Shown: positions 29,086 through 40,140, counted from the stretch's first letter. The stretch: 64,000 bases of DNA from Desulfuromonadales bacterium (GCA_029210745.1 JARGFI010000009.1:852-64851), one strand, 5' to 3'. Translations and numbers: made by a program. The notes: generated by a model from the sequence alone, not told the origin.

Positions 29086-30146
29086 CAGACAAAATTCGCA
29101 TTCTCGTCATTGATGATTCGGCGTTCAACCGGCGGACGATTATCAAAATGCTGGAGTCTATTCCCGGCATTGAGGTCGTTGACTACGCTTGCGACGGCGA
29201 AGAAGGGCTGCGCAAGGTTTTCGACCTGAAACCTGACCTGATAACACTTGATCTTGAAATGCCGCGACTTGACGGGTTTTCTTTTTTACGTATTGTCATG
29301 CAAAATCGGCCGACTCCGGTGATCGTTGTGTCGGCGCGTTCTGATAATGAAAATGTATTTAAGGCTCTCGAATTCGGTGCGGTCGATTTTGTCTCAAAAC
29401 CGTCGTCGCGGATTTCACCGGAACTGTTCAATATCAGAGATGATCTGGTCAGTAAAATTCATGAAGCCGCCAACGCCAATATGCTTAAAGTGCTCAAACG
29501 GGCGGCGCGTAGCAAAGATCAGAGCGATACATTCTCCAGTCATTCGCGAGTCAATCGAGGGACGAACAAAAACGCAATCAATCATGTGGTCATCGGTGCA
29601 TCGACCGGAGGACCGCCGGCACTGCAAGCGATTTTTTCGAATATAAAGAACCCTGTCGAGGTTTTTTTTGCGGTTTCCCAGCACATGCCTCCCGGTTTTA
29701 CCAAAGCATTTGCAGACCGTTTGAATAAATATTGCCCTCTGGAAATCAAGGAAGCGGAAGCCGGAGATATTGTCCGTTCTGGCCGGGTTCTTATCGCCCC
29801 CGGGGGGAAGAATCTGGAGTTTCGTCGACATCAGAACGATGTCGTTGCCGTGGTCAGTGAGGCGAGGATCGGTCAGCGTTATGTCCCCTCTGTCGATATT
29901 ATGTTTAATTCCGCGGTTAAAGTGTTTGGTTCCGATCTGCTCGGGGTGGTTCTGACCGGGATGGGGAACGATGGGGCTTTGGGCACCGCCCATATCAAGG
30001 AACATGGTGGACTGACGCTGGCTGAATCTGAAGATTCCTGTGTTGTCTTCGGCATGCCGAAAGAAGCCATCGCCACCGGCAAGGTCGACTGGGTCAAACC
30101 GTTGGCACGGATAAGCGAGAAAATATTAAGCAAATGTGGTTACTGA
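29082..30146 (+). CDS. cheB: Chemotaxis methylesterase CheB (receiver + esterase)
   Basis: Receiver N-terminus; catalytic GASTGG, QHMP, LTGMGND, VFGMP. Confidence 0.96.
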   Translation: MTDKIRILVIDDSAFNRRTIIKMLESIPGIEVVDYACDGEEGLRKVFDLKPDLITLDLEMPRLDGFSFLRIVMQNRPTPVIVVSARSDNENVFKALEFGAVDFVSKPSSRISPELFNIRDDLVSKIHEAANANMLKVLKRAARSKDQSDTFSSHSRVNRGTNKNAINHVVIGASTGGPPALQAIFSNIKNPVEVFFAVSQHMPPGFTKAFADRLNKYCPLEIKEAEAGDIVRSGRVLIAPGGKNLEFRRHQNDVVAVVSEARIGQRYVPSVDIMFNSAVKVFGSDLLGVVLTGMGNDGALGTAHIKEHGGLTLAESEDSCVVFGMPKEAIATGKVDWVKPLARISEKILSKCGY

Positions 30147-30157
30147 CAGGTGTTTTA

Positions 30158-30187
30158 TTGTCGTAATCACCGATCACTTTGTATACT
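30158..30187 (+). promoter_or_regulatory. Putative internal sigma-70 promoter
   Basis: TTGTCG-18 bp-TATACT upstream of the GAF gene. Confidence 0.45.
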
Positions 30188-30245
30188 GTTGACCTGGAAC
30201 CGGGGATAGACTGTTGATATATGACGAATATAATTTTGGAGAGTT

Positions 30246-31067
30246 GTGATGTCCGATAAAGATGAAAAAATAGCCCATAAGGCGGAAGAGTTTCTTCAGA
30301 TATTTAAAAAAGGTGCCGACTTTACTCAGGACCTGTTAAAAGAAAACGAGCGATTGCGTTTTCGGCTGATTGAACTTGAGGACGTTTTTAAAAATACTGC
30401 TGAAGGGGGTCATGACCCCGATTCACAGCAGATGAAACTCAAAATCGCAGAACTTGAGCGTGAAAAACAGGAAATTTTGGATCGAATTAAACAGGTTGAA
30501 GATGAAAATATAGATTTTGCCAACCGTTATGTGGATATTGAAACGGAAAACAATATGTTGGCAAACCTCTATATTGCATCGTATCAGCTCCACTCCACGC
30601 TAGATTTTCGTGAAGTTCTCCAGATTATTACCGAGATTGTGATTAACCTCATCGGCGCAGAAGAATTTGGAATTATGCTCCTTGATGAAAAGACCAACAA
30701 GCTGACTGCTGTTTCTTGCGAGGGGCTGGAATTGGGGGCCTTTCCGTCGATCGCCTTAGGGAACGGCATTATCGGGAAAACGGCAAAGGCCGGTGATAAT
30801 TATTTTATCGATGATATGGAAGGCTACGAACGCGATCTTGAGCACCCGATCGTGTGTATTTCCTTGAAAATCAAAGAGCACGTCATCGGCGTAATCGTTT
30901 TGTATAAACTGTTTGAACAAAAAAGCCGTTTTGCCGATGTTGATTTTGAACTGTTCACACTCTTGGCCGGCCATGCCGCCACGGCGATTTTTTCGTCCAA
31001 GCTCTATTCCGAGTCAGAACGCAAGTTGTCGACAATCCAGGGCTTTATCGATTTAATGACGAAGTAG
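30246..31067 (+). CDS. Coiled-coil + GAF domain protein
   Basis: N-terminal heptad-rich coil; GAF (STLDFREVL...GIIG...IGVIVL...LAGHAATAI); no output domain. Confidence 0.85.
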   Translation: MMSDKDEKIAHKAEEFLQIFKKGADFTQDLLKENERLRFRLIELEDVFKNTAEGGHDPDSQQMKLKIAELEREKQEILDRIKQVEDENIDFANRYVDIETENNMLANLYIASYQLHSTLDFREVLQIITEIVINLIGAEEFGIMLLDEKTNKLTAVSCEGLELGAFPSIALGNGIIGKTAKAGDNYFIDDMEGYERDLEHPIVCISLKIKEHVIGVIVLYKLFEQKSRFADVDFELFTLLAGHAATAIFSSKLYSESERKLSTIQGFIDLMTK

Positions 31068-31079
31068 AGGGAGGCGCGT

Positions 31080-31454
31080 ATGTTGACATATAAAGTTCTG
31101 GTAGTTGAAGATTCACCAACGATGCGGCAGCTGATCGTATTTGCCCTGAAACGGATTCGCGGGGTTGTGATCACCGAGGCCGGAGATGGCGTTGACGGAT
31201 TGAAAAAATTGTCGAGCGACAAGTTCGATTTGATCTTTTCCGATATCAATATGCCGATTATGGATGGTTTAAAACTGGTCAGTCTGATCAGGAACAATCC
31301 TGCCTATAAAGATGTCCCGATCGTCATGGTGACGACAGAGGGGGCCAGTGAGGACCGTGATCGGGCTTTGGCGCTTGGTGCCAACGACTATATCACCAAA
31401 CCGATTCAGACCACGCAGATTCTGGCCGTAGCTAAAAAACTGCTCGACGCGTGA
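31080..31454 (+). CDS. cheY: CheY-like response regulator
   Basis: VLVVEDS, FSDINMP, VTTE, TKP. Confidence 0.9.
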   Translation: MLTYKVLVVEDSPTMRQLIVFALKRIRGVVITEAGDGVDGLKKLSSDKFDLIFSDINMPIMDGLKLVSLIRNNPAYKDVPIVMVTTEGASEDRDRALALGANDYITKPIQTTQILAVAKKLLDA

Positions 31455-31466
31455 TCACGATTCCGG

Positions 31467-31496
31467 TTGACAATAACCGCCAATATTCGTTTTAAT
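31467..31496 (+). promoter_or_regulatory. Putative sigma-70 promoter of infA
   Basis: TTGACA-18 bp-TTTAAT. Confidence 0.55.
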
Positions 31497-31532
31497 CAGG
31501 CAGATTTTAATGAGTACATAGAAGGAGGCCGT

Positions 31533-31751
31533 GTGGCTAAGGAAGAAGCAATTGAGGTTGAAGGAAAAGTTATCGAACCATTGCCCAACGCAATGTTTCG
31601 CGTCGAACTCGATAATGGGCATGTTGTTTTGGCTCATATTTCAGGGAAGATGCGCAAGTACTATATCCGGATTTTGCCGGGAGATCGCGTGACGGTCGAA
31701 CTTTCACCGTACGATTTGACTCGCGGACGGATTACCTACCGCGAAAAGTAG
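31533..31751 (+). CDS. infA: Translation initiation factor IF-1
   Basis: [10 protein letters not shown]...AHISGKMR...[16 protein letters not shown] start after AAGGAGG. Confidence 0.97.
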   Translation: MAKEEAIEVEGKVIEPLPNAMFRVELDNGHVVLAHISGKMRKYYIRILPGDRVTVELSPYDLTRGRITYREK

Positions 31752-31810
31752 CCGTTTGCAGGCATCCGCAGCGCAACGGAACCTGACCCTTTTACAGTGA
31801 CGTTATTGAC

Positions 31811-31841
31811 GAATACCGGCGGTCAGCCGGTATTCTTGTTT
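31811..31841 (+). terminator. Terminator-like hairpin between infA and leuS
   Basis: GAATACCGGC-GGTCA-GCCGGTATTC perfect 10-bp stem followed by TTGTTT. Confidence 0.6.
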
Positions 31842-31876
31842 GTCTGGTGTGGGGTGATACCCCGGTGGAGGATTTT

Positions 31877-34432
31877 ATGCTGGAACGATTCAACGCAGCC
31901 GCTATCGAGGAAAAGTGGCAACGAATCTGGGACGAGAATAATACCTTCAAGGTGTCGGTCGATAACGACCGGCGCAAGTTTTATCTGCTCGAAATGTTTC
32001 CCTATCCTTCGGGAAGGATTCATATGGGGCATGTGCGCAACTATTCGATCGGCGATGTTATCTCCCGTTTCAAGCGTTTGCAGGGCTTCAACGTGCTGCA
32101 TCCGATGGGGTGGGACGCCTTCGGCATGCCGGCAGAAAACGCCGCAATTCAGCATGGTACACACCCTGCCAAATGGACGTATGAAAATATCGCCAACATG
32201 CGCAAGCAGATCCGCAAGCTGGGGTTCTCGTACGATTGGGATCGCGAATTTGCAACCTGCGATGTTGACTACTATCGTTGGGAACAACTGGTGTTTTTGC
32301 GCATGTTCGAGCAGGGGAGGGCCTATAAAAAAACCTCGGCGGTGAACTGGTGCGAGAGTTGCCAGACGGTTCTGGCCAATGAACAGGTCGACGACAATTG
32401 CTGTTGGCGTTGTGATAATGATGTAACACAAAAAGAACTCGACCAGTGGTTTTTCAAGATCACCGACTACGCTCAGGAATTGCTTGATGAAATCGACAAT
32501 CTGACGGGATGGCCTGAATCGGTATTGACGATGCAGCGTAACTGGATCGGTCGAAGTGTGGGGTGTGAAATTGATTTTCCGGTGGTCGATTCCACTCTGT
32601 CGATTCGCGTTTTTACGACCCGTCAAGATACCCTCTACGGGGCCACTTTCATGAGCCTTGCTCCGGAACATCCGCTGGCACTGCAATTGACTACGGCTGA
32701 ACAGCGCGATGTGGTGACGGCTTTTATCGAAAAAGTGCGTACCCAGGATAAAATCAATCGCACCAGCGACGAGGGGGAGAAGGAAGGGGTTTTTACCGGA
32801 GCCTGCTGTATTAATCCGGTAACCGGACGCAAGATGCCGGTTTATCTGGCAAATTTTGTTTTGATGGATTACGGGACCGGTGCAGTGATGGCGGTTCCGA
32901 CTCACGACCAGCGCGATTTTGAATTTGCGACCAGATATCAGCTCGACAAGATTGTTGTCATTCAACCCGAAGGAGAAACGCTTGATCCGGCGACGATGAC
33001 CGCGGCCTGGACCGGTACCGGCAAGATGGTTCATTCGAAAGAATTTGATGGTCTTGATAATGAGACGGCCAAGATCAGGATTGCCGATTATCTGACCGCT
33101 GAAAATATCGGCGAACGTTGCATTAATTTTCGTTTGCGCGACTGGGGGGTTTCACGTCAACGCTACTGGGGAACGCCGATACCGATCATCTATTGCCCCG
33201 ATTGCGGTGCGGTGCCGGTTCCCGAGGCTGATCTGCCGGTGGTCCTGCCGGTCGATGTCGCTTTCAGCGGCGCAGGGGGCAGTCCGCTGGCAAAATGTGC
33301 AGATTTTCTCAATGTCCCCTGTCCTCAATGTGGTCGCGCCGCCCGACGCGAAACCGACACCTTTGATACCTTTGTCGAAAGCTCCTGGTATTTTGCCCGT
33401 TTTACCTGCCCTGATCATGCCGCCGGTCCGCTTGACACTGCGGCGGCAGATTACTGGTTGCCGGTTGATCAGTACATCGGCGGGATCGAACACGCCGTCA
33501 TGCATCTGCTCTATGCACGGTTTTTTACCAAGATTCTGCGCGATCTCGGCATGCTCAAGCTGGATGAGCCGTTTGCCAATCTGTTGACTCAGGGGATGGT
33601 TTGCAAGGAAACCTTTTCCTGTCCAGAGCATGGTTGGCTTTATCCCGAGGAAGTTGCTGGCGGAAAATGTCTGAAATGCGGGTGCCCTGCGGTTTCCGGG
33701 CGCACAGAAAAGATGAGTAAATCGAAGAAGAATGTTGTTGATCCGGATAACCTGATTGCTCAATACGGTGCCGACACCGCGCGTCTTTTTTCATTGTTTG
33801 CCGCTCCGCCTGAAAAAGATCTGGAGTGGAACGAACAAGGTGTCGAGGGGTGCTTTCGCTTCCTCAATCGTGTCTGGCGTGTGGTCTATGACAATCGTCA
33901 CCTGCTCGGTGGTCCTGAACTGTGCCCCGAAACAGAAGGGGAAGCGCGTAAGCTGCGCTTTGATACGCATCGAACGATCAATAAGGTGACCAATGACATC
34001 GATGGGCGCTTTCACTTCAATACCGCAATCGCGGCGATTATGGAACTTGTCAATGCGGTTTATGCGTTCAGCCCGAAACAGGACTATCCCGGCGCTTTGC
34101 GGGAAGCGCTCGAAACAACAGTGCGCCTGTTGAACCCGTTTGTCCCTCATTTTGCTGCTGAATTATGGCAGGAACTCGGTCATGAGCGCGGTCTTGATGA
34201 ATACGGGTGGCCGGTTTGCGATCCCGCCGCACTGGTTGAGGATGATCGTGTCATCGTTGTTCAGGTCAATGGTAAGGTGCGCAGTAAAATTACCGTTTCA
34301 GTCTCAGCCAGCGAAGATGAAATCAAGGCGACAGCCCAGGCGGATGAAAATGTTGCCCGCTATCTGGAGAATATGACGATTCGAAAAGTTATCGTTGTGC
34401 CTGGCCGACTGGTCAATATTGTTGTGTCCTGA
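31877..34432 (+). CDS. leuS: Leucyl-tRNA synthetase
   Basis: [19 protein letters not shown], editing domain [17 protein letters not shown] at 31877 after GGAGG. Confidence 0.98.
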   Translation: MLERFNAAAIEEKWQRIWDENNTFKVSVDNDRRKFYLLEMFPYPSGRIHMGHVRNYSIGDVISRFKRLQGFNVLHPMGWDAFGMPAENAAIQHGTHPAKWTYENIANMRKQIRKLGFSYDWDREFATCDVDYYRWEQLVFLRMFEQGRAYKKTSAVNWCESCQTVLANEQVDDNCCWRCDNDVTQKELDQWFFKITDYAQELLDEIDNLTGWPESVLTMQRNWIGRSVGCEIDFPVVDSTLSIRVFTTRQDTLYGATFMSLAPEHPLALQLTTAEQRDVVTAFIEKVRTQDKINRTSDEGEKEGVFTGACCINPVTGRKMPVYLANFVLMDYGTGAVMAVPTHDQRDFEFATRYQLDKIVVIQPEGETLDPATMTAAWTGTGKMVHSKEFDGLDNETAKIRIADYLTAENIGERCINFRLRDWGVSRQRYWGTPIPIIYCPDCGAVPVPEADLPVVLPVDVAFSGAGGSPLAKCADFLNVPCPQCGRAARRETDTFDTFVESSWYFARFTCPDHAAGPLDTAAADYWLPVDQYIGGIEHAVMHLLYARFFTKILRDLGMLKLDEPFANLLTQGMVCKETFSCPEHGWLYPEEVAGGKCLKCGCPAVSGRTEKMSKSKKNVVDPDNLIAQYGADTARLFSLFAAPPEKDLEWNEQGVEGCFRFLNRVWRVVYDNRHLLGGPELCPETEGEARKLRFDTHRTINKVTNDIDGRFHFNTAIAAIMELVNAVYAFSPKQDYPGALREALETTVRLLNPFVPHFAAELWQELGHERGLDEYGWPVCDPAALVEDDRVIVVQVNGKVRSKITVSVSASEDEIKATAQADENVARYLENMTIRKVIVVPGRLVNIVVS

Positions 34433-34938
34433 TGCGTTTTCTTCTCTTCATAATGCTGTTTTTTTTGGGCGGATGTGGTTATCATTCCTCCGTGGCGAAC
34501 GACTGTGCGTTGCTCGGCAGCCAGGATCTCGCGATTCAATTATTTACCAACAAGACGGCAGAACCTTTTGTGGAAAACATTCTGGCCAATGCGTGCGTCG
34601 AGGTGTTTTCCGGCGATAACCATACGACAGTCGTTCCCGCTGCTGGCGACCTGGTGCTCGAAGGGGAGATTGCGGGAGTTGATCATATCGCCCTCAGTTA
34701 TGATCTGAATGACGCGATCCGTGAATATCGTGTGACCTTGCGGATCAATGCCCGACTGGTTCGCCGCAGCGATGGCAAGTATCTCTGGCAGGGAAAACTG
34801 TCCCGCAGTGCCGAATACCGGGCAGCGGTGAACCGGACCGTGCAACAGGATCGTCTACGTGCCGCCCTGCGTGAAGCATCCAACTGGCTGGCCGCAGACT
34901 TGCGGGCGGACATCTGCTTAATGTCACGGACGGATTAA
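34432..34938 (+). CDS. lptE: LPS assembly lipoprotein LptE-like
   Basis: Lipobox LGGCGY; conserved position between leuS and holA. Confidence 0.8.
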   Translation: MRFLLFIMLFFLGGCGYHSSVANDCALLGSQDLAIQLFTNKTAEPFVENILANACVEVFSGDNHTTVVPAAGDLVLEGEIAGVDHIALSYDLNDAIREYRVTLRINARLVRRSDGKYLWQGKLSRSAEYRAAVNRTVQQDRLRAALREASNWLAADLRADICLMSRTD

Positions 34939-34939
34939 C

Positions 34940-35935
34940 ATGCAACCAGGGGAACTGAACAAGGCCATCAGTGCCGGTAAAATCCCGAATCTGCTCTGTC
35001 TTTACGGCGAAGAAGACTACTTCATTGCCCGTGCTCTGGAGCAGATTGAACGCATCGTCATCAGCCCCGAGATGCGTGAATTCAATTATCAGCAGATTTA
35101 CGGAAAAGAACTTGATGGTTCACAGGTATGTGATTACGCCCGAACTTTCCCGGTTTTTGCGCCGCAGCGCCTGATTGTCATCCGCCGGATTGATGAGGCT
35201 TCAACGCCGGAACTGGAACGTTTTCGGTCGTACATTACAGAGGCAGTCCCAGAGACGGTCCTGATCGTGACTGCGGAAAAGATTGATGCCCGACGCAAGT
35301 TTTATCAGGAATTTAAAAAGCATGGTCAGCTGGTTGAGTTCAAGCGGCTCTATGAAAATCGGCTGCCCGATTTTGTCCGCGAACGCAGCCGGGAATTCGG
35401 TTTCAAGCTGACCGAGGAGGCGATGGCCCGGTTCTGCCGCCGGGTGGGGACAAACCTTTATGAAGTGACCGCCGAGCTGGAAAAACTGGCGGCGTTTCTG
35501 GGGGAAAGGGATCTCGCTGATAGCGCCGATATCGACGCGGTCATTTCTGATACGCGCACCGAAAGTATCTTTGCTCTGACTGATGCGGTTGGTGCGCGCA
35601 ATGCGCAGGTGGCCATTACCCTGTTACACCGGATTCTTGCTGATGGCACCGCGCCACTGGCGGCGCTGGCGATGCTGGTGAGACATTTTCGACAATTGTG
35701 GAAGGCCCATGAGCTTCTGGTGCAAGGTGTCTCGCGTAACGAAATACCTCGTACAATCGGCATCAATCCCTATTTTCTGGATAATCTTCTGACCCAGGCG
35801 CGACGTTTTGAGCGCGAAGAATTTTGTGCGTTGTTTAATGATTTTGTTGCAATTGATCTCGCGCTGAAGTCGAGTGGATCGCGGCCGGAGGTTTTGCTTG
35901 AACGGCTGCTGCTGAAGATCGTCAGTCAACGATAA
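34940..35935 (+). CDS. holA: DNA polymerase III subunit delta
   Basis: LYGEEDY, TFPVFAPQRLI, ELEKL, IFALTDA; leuS-lptE-holA synteny. Confidence 0.93.
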   Translation: MQPGELNKAISAGKIPNLLCLYGEEDYFIARALEQIERIVISPEMREFNYQQIYGKELDGSQVCDYARTFPVFAPQRLIVIRRIDEASTPELERFRSYITEAVPETVLIVTAEKIDARRKFYQEFKKHGQLVEFKRLYENRLPDFVRERSREFGFKLTEEAMARFCRRVGTNLYEVTAELEKLAAFLGERDLADSADIDAVISDTRTESIFALTDAVGARNAQVAITLLHRILADGTAPLAALAMLVRHFRQLWKAHELLVQGVSRNEIPRTIGINPYFLDNLLTQARRFEREEFCALFNDFVAIDLALKSSGSRPEVLLERLLLKIVSQR

Positions 35936-35963
35936 AAGAGGGGCCGAAAACGGCCCCCCCCTT
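35934..35963 (-). terminator. Terminator between convergent holA and rpsT
   Basis: GGGGCCG-AAAA-CGGCCCC stem; TCTTTT follows on the minus strand. Confidence 0.6.
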
Positions 35964-35994
35964 AACCAGTGATTCTGTCGCAGTGAGTGGCAGA

Positions 35995-36270
35995 TTATTG
36001 TGTTTTTGCCTGCAAGCCATTAACCAGTTTGGTCAATCGCGAGGATTTGCGGCTGGCGGTCGCCTTGTGAATGACGCCCTTGGTCGCTGCTTTGTCGATG
36101 TAAGGAATGGTGCGGCTCAAAGCGGCTTGTGCTGCTTCGCTATCACCAGTGGCAACCGCCTCACGAACTTGCTTGACCAGCGTACGCATGGTTGAGCGGA
36201 TGTGTGTGTTGCGTGCGGCACGTGTTTTGTTCTGCAAATTGCGCTTTGCTGCGGATTTATGGTTGGCCAA
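35995..36270 (-). CDS. rpsT: 30S ribosomal protein S20
   Basis: ANHKSAAKR...[25 protein letters not shown] start. Confidence 0.97.
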   Translation of the reverse strand: MANHKSAAKRNLQNKTRAARNTHIRSTMRTLVKQVREAVATGDSEAAQAALSRTIPYIDKAATKGVIHKATASRKSSRLTKLVNGLQAKTQ

Positions 36271-36305
36271 TGTATTTCTCCTTTTAATGGTATGATTTGC
36301 GCCAT

Positions 36306-36334
36306 ACTATAGTCACAGATGTTGATCATGTCAA
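36306..36334 (-). promoter_or_regulatory. Sigma-70 promoter of rpsT with AT-rich upstream tract
   Basis: TTGACA-17 bp-TATAGT on the minus strand; very AT-rich 36335-36420. Confidence 0.7.
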
Positions 36335-36437
36335 GTTGAATAAATATTAATTATTATAAAAAAAACCATATAATTCATTATGTTGTAGTGATAAATAAAT
36401 GAATTAATAAAAAATAATCCCACATCTGGCGGGTTCC

Positions 36438-38009
36438 ATGAGTGAACACAAAAAAATCGCACGGGCGACAGGAACCATGGGGGTGGCAACCGGTCTGAGT
36501 CGAATTGCCGGTCTGCTGCGCGATATGGTCGTTGCGGCGATCTTTGGAGCCGGGCACGCTACCGATGCGTTTTTTCTTGCTTTTACGATTCCGAATCTGC
36601 TGCGGCGTTTTTTTGCGGAAGGATCATTGACGGCGGCGTTTGTACCGACCTATGCCGAAATCCACCACCAGCAGGGGGCGAAAGAAAGTGCGCGGATTGC
36701 GAATATCTGCTGGACGCTGCTGCTGCTGGTCATGTTTGTCGTTGTGATTGTCGGGATTCTCGCCTCACCGTGGGTGGTGAAAGCGATCGGTTACGGTTTT
36801 ATCGAGGTTGAGGGGAAACTCGCCCTGACCAACCGTCTGAACCAGGTCATGTTCCCGTATATATTTTTTGTCAGTCTGCTGGCGCTGATTACCGGCATTC
36901 TTAACGTTCGCGAGCATTTTTTCTGGCCTTCGTTTTCACCGCTGTTACTGAATGTGTCGATGATCGGCAGTGCGCTGCTGCTCAGCCCTTTCTTTGCGCA
37001 ACCGATCATGTCACTGGCGATCGGTGTGCTGCTTGGCGGCATCCTGCAGCTGGCGCTGCAATTCCCGGTTTTGAGTGCTCACAAGATACAGCTGCGCCTC
37101 GATTTCAATTTTCGCGACCCGGCAGTGCTGAGAATTGCGCGCCTGATGATGCCGGGCATTGCCGGGGTGGCGATCTATCAACTGAATGTGATCGTCACCA
37201 GGTTGCTGGCATCATTTCTCGCTGAAGGGAGCGTTTCCTATTTATACTATGCCCAGCGATTGTTTGAATTCCCGCAGGGAATCTTTGTTGTCTCGCTGGC
37301 TCAGGCCGTATTGCCGACGATCAGTCGCCAGGTGGCCAGTGGTGAAGAGGCGAGCTTCAAGGAGACCTTGCGCTTTTCGGTGGCGCTGATTATGGTGGTG
37401 ATTGTTCCGGCGATCATCGGCCTGATCGTCTGTTCCGAGGCTATTTTCAGTCTTTTTTTCATGCGCGGAGCGTTTGATTACAATGCTGTGCACCAGACCG
37501 CGCTGGCGTTGGCCGTATTTTCTCCCGGTTTGCTCTTCGTCGCTGTCAGTCGCGTTGTGGTCCCAACCTTTTATGCCTTTAAGGATACCCGGACGCCGGT
37601 ACTCATTTCATTCTGGACCCTGCTGGTCAACGTCGCTCTCGGCCTGCTCTTGATGATTCCTTTCGGCCACCTCGGGCTGGCTCTGGCACTGACCCTTTCT
37701 GCTGCATTTAATTGCCTGATTTTACTCGTTGCCTTGCGGCGCAAAATCGGTCCTCTCGGTTGGGGGGTAACATTGGGGCCGATGTGGCGCATTCTGCCGT
37801 CAGTCATTGTGATGGCGTTGGCAAGTCACCTGGTGCTCACTTACGGCGTCTGGGATGGCACCGGCAGCCCTTTGACGAACGGGGTGCTGCTCTTTGTCGC
37901 AGTCATCGGCGGCGGAACGATCTATGCTTTGGGATGCTGGTGGCTGCGCGTGCCGGGGGCCGCTGGTGTGGCCCGCCTGGTGCGGGAAAAACTGGCGCGG
38001 AAGAGATGA
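36438..38009 (+). CDS. murJ: Lipid II flippase MurJ (MviN)
   Basis: SRIAGLLRD, DAFFLAFTIPNLLRRFFAEG, SYLYYAQRLFEFPQG, FYAFKDTRTP. Confidence 0.96.
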   Translation: MSEHKKIARATGTMGVATGLSRIAGLLRDMVVAAIFGAGHATDAFFLAFTIPNLLRRFFAEGSLTAAFVPTYAEIHHQQGAKESARIANICWTLLLLVMFVVVIVGILASPWVVKAIGYGFIEVEGKLALTNRLNQVMFPYIFFVSLLALITGILNVREHFFWPSFSPLLLNVSMIGSALLLSPFFAQPIMSLAIGVLLGGILQLALQFPVLSAHKIQLRLDFNFRDPAVLRIARLMMPGIAGVAIYQLNVIVTRLLASFLAEGSVSYLYYAQRLFEFPQGIFVVSLAQAVLPTISRQVASGEEASFKETLRFSVALIMVVIVPAIIGLIVCSEAIFSLFFMRGAFDYNAVHQTALALAVFSPGLLFVAVSRVVVPTFYAFKDTRTPVLISFWTLLVNVALGLLLMIPFGHLGLALALTLSAAFNCLILLVALRRKIGPLGWGVTLGPMWRILPSVIVMALASHLVLTYGVWDGTGSPLTNGVLLFVAVIGGGTIYALGCWWLRVPGAAGVARLVREKLARKR

Positions 38010-38527
38010 CTAAACCGGTCTACGCCTTTTATCCGTCGCCGTGTGGAATGATTGCACTTTTCGCCGGTGAAAACGGCCTGCAACGGGTGTTGATCGATGT
38101 TGCAACAGATCATGTCGCAGCGCGCTTCGGGGGTGCCGGACGGCTGGCTGAACCGCTCAGCCACCCGCTGATTGCCGAGGTTGTCGCGGCGTTGAATCGC
38201 TATTTTCAGGGACAGTTACAAACCTTTGATCTGCCCCTTGAGCTGCACGGGCTGTCGCCGTTCACCACCACAATTCTGCATGCCTTGCAACAGGTTCCGT
38301 TCGGCACAACGTGTACTTACGGCTCATTGGCCGTCGCTGCTGGACATCGCGGCGCGGCGCGGGCCGTCGGGCGGGTCATGGCAATCAATCCACTGCCACT
38401 GGTGATCCCCTGCCATCGGGTGATCTCGGTTAGCGGCCTTGGTGGCTATTCGGGAGGTCGCGGTTTGCAAACTAAACAGTTGCTGCTTGATTTTGAACGG
38501 TCGATCCTTGGCCGTGACGATGGTTAG
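38006..38527 (+). CDS. ogt: Methylated-DNA-protein-cysteine methyltransferase
   Basis: VPFGTTCTYG, AARAVG, NPLPLVIPCHRV; ATG overlaps the murJ stop. Confidence 0.92.
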   Translation: MTKPVYAFYPSPCGMIALFAGENGLQRVLIDVATDHVAARFGGAGRLAEPLSHPLIAEVVAALNRYFQGQLQTFDLPLELHGLSPFTTTILHALQQVPFGTTCTYGSLAVAAGHRGAARAVGRVMAINPLPLVIPCHRVISVSGLGGYSGGRGLQTKQLLLDFERSILGRDDG

Positions 38528-38532
38528 GACCC

Positions 38533-40140
38533 ATGTATACTGAATTCTTCGGATTCACTGAAAAGCCCTTCACTATTACGCCGAATCCCCGTTTCATGTA
38601 TCTGAGTCACGGCCATAAGGAGGCGCTGGCGCACCTTCTCTACGGGATTCAGAACCATGTCGGGTTTGTTGAGATTACCGGTGAAGTCGGGGCAGGGAAG
38701 ACGACGATCCTGCGTACCCTCTTCGAACAGCTGGAACAGGATTCCTGCCGGTTGGCGTTTATTTTCAATCCCAAACTGTCCACCCTTGAATTGTTGCGTA
38801 ATATCAACCGCGAATTCGCCATCGACTGCACCTCGGTTCACCATGATGCCTTACTGTCCGCGCTCAACGATTTTTTACTGGCTGAAAATGTTGCCGGACG
38901 CACTGTTGTGCTGGTGATTGACGAAGCGCAAAACCTCTCTCCCGAAGTTCTGGAACAGATCCGCCTCCTGTCGAACCTGGAAACAACAACGGACAAGCTG
39001 ATTCAGATTGTTCTCGTCGGCCAGCCAGAACTCAGCGAGATGCTTGACCGTAATGAGTTGCGACAGCTCAACCAGCGGATTACGGTGCGCTATTTTCTCG
39101 GCACGATCAGCCTGGACGAAACCTGCCGCTATATTCAGCATCGCCTGGACGTTGCCGGTGGCCGCGAATTGGCCCACTTTCAGCCTGCGGCGCTACGCAC
39201 AGTCTATCGTCTGAGCCGTGGTCTGCCGCGCATGATCAACGTTCTGTGTGATCGTGCCTTGCTGATCGCCTATGGAGAAGGGCGTCGCGACATTCGTGCG
39301 GCTGATATCCGTCTTGCCCAGTCGGAGCTGCGTCGCGCACAGGCCCCGTTGCTGCCGGGACGCGGCCGGACGCTCATTGCCGTTGTTCTGGTTGTCGTCC
39401 TGGCTGCCTTGGGCGGGCGCGCCGTGCTGTCACTGCCAGCGCCTGGGGAAAAGCCCCCCGCCGTCGCCCGCAAGACACAACAAAGCGACATTGAAACGTT
39501 GCGCAACGCCTTTGCCGGGCAGGATGCCACCCGTAACGCGACTGCGGCGCTGAAGGGATTACTGTCTCGCTGGAAGCTCACGAGCGAAGTCTCATCAAGG
39601 GCAGATCCGCTAGCGAGTCTCGCGGCGACCGCTTCCGCCAACGGGCTCAATCTGTTGCCGCTTAACGGAGGGATTGCGTTGCTTGAAAAACTCAATTCTC
39701 CGGCGCTGGTGCGGCTGCTTCTGCCGGGGATGACCGAACCGCGTTATCTGACGATAGTCAGGCAGGAGGGGGAGTATTTTACGATGATTCCTGCGGTGGC
39801 AAAGCACTCCGTGGTGAGTCGGGATGAACTCGCGGCACTCTGGTCCGGGCAGGCGTGGCTGCTCTGGAAAAACTGGCGCGCCATTCCGACCCTTGTCACC
39901 CCTGACCTGAACGATGCCGGGGTCACCCGACTGCAGGAACAATTGTCCCGCAGCGAAGATCTGTCTGCACCCATAACCGGTGTCTATGACCGGGCAACAA
40001 TTAAAGCGGTGACCGATCTGCAAGCACGCACTGGCCTGGTGCAGGATGGCCGCGTTGGACCGCAAACCCTGGTGAGGCTCTATCAGGAGAGCGGTGATTT
40101 TGCTGTGCCGATGTTGCGTGAAGTGAGAAAACAATTATGA
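38533..40140 (+). CDS. gspA: ExeA/GspA ATPase with TM segment and C-terminal peptidoglycan-binding domain
   Basis: PFTITPNP, GEVGAGKTT, IDEAQNL, TM helix, C-terminal LQARTGLVQDGRVGPQT. Confidence 0.88.
   Translation: MYTEFFGFTEKPFTITPNPRFMYLSHGHKEALAHLLYGIQNHVGFVEITGEVGAGKTTILRTLFEQLEQDSCRLAFIFNPKLSTLELLRNINREFAIDCTSVHHDALLSALNDFLLAENVAGRTVVLVIDEAQNLSPEVLEQIRLLSNLETTTDKLIQIVLVGQPELSEMLDRNELRQLNQRITVRYFLGTISLDETCRYIQHRLDVAGGRELAHFQPAALRTVYRLSRGLPRMINVLCDRALLIAYGEGRRDIRAADIRLAQSELRRAQAPLLPGRGRTLIAVVLVVVLAALGGRAVLSLPAPGEKPPAVARKTQQSDIETLRNAFAGQDATRNATAALKGLLSRWKLTSEVSSRADPLASLAATASANGLNLLPLNGGIALLEKLNSPALVRLLLPGMTEPRYLTIVRQEGEYFTMIPAVAKHSVVSRDELAALWSGQAWLLWKNWRAIPTLVTPDLNDAGVTRLQEQLSRSEDLSAPITGVYDRATIKAVTDLQARTGLVQDGRVGPQTLVRLYQESGDFAVPMLREVRKQL

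Noticed and set aside
31752..31876. Possible T-box leader upstream of leuS
   Set aside because: No GGTGGNACCGCG T-box motif and the gap is too short; the hairpin is better explained as the infA terminator.
31823..33034. 403-aa ORF antisense to leuS, and similar long shadow ORFs at 8005-8982, 9173-9970, 42630-43424 and 60380-61123
   Set aside because: Each lies fully opposite a well-conserved gene and shows no motifs; such frames are expected from codon bias in a GC-rich genome.
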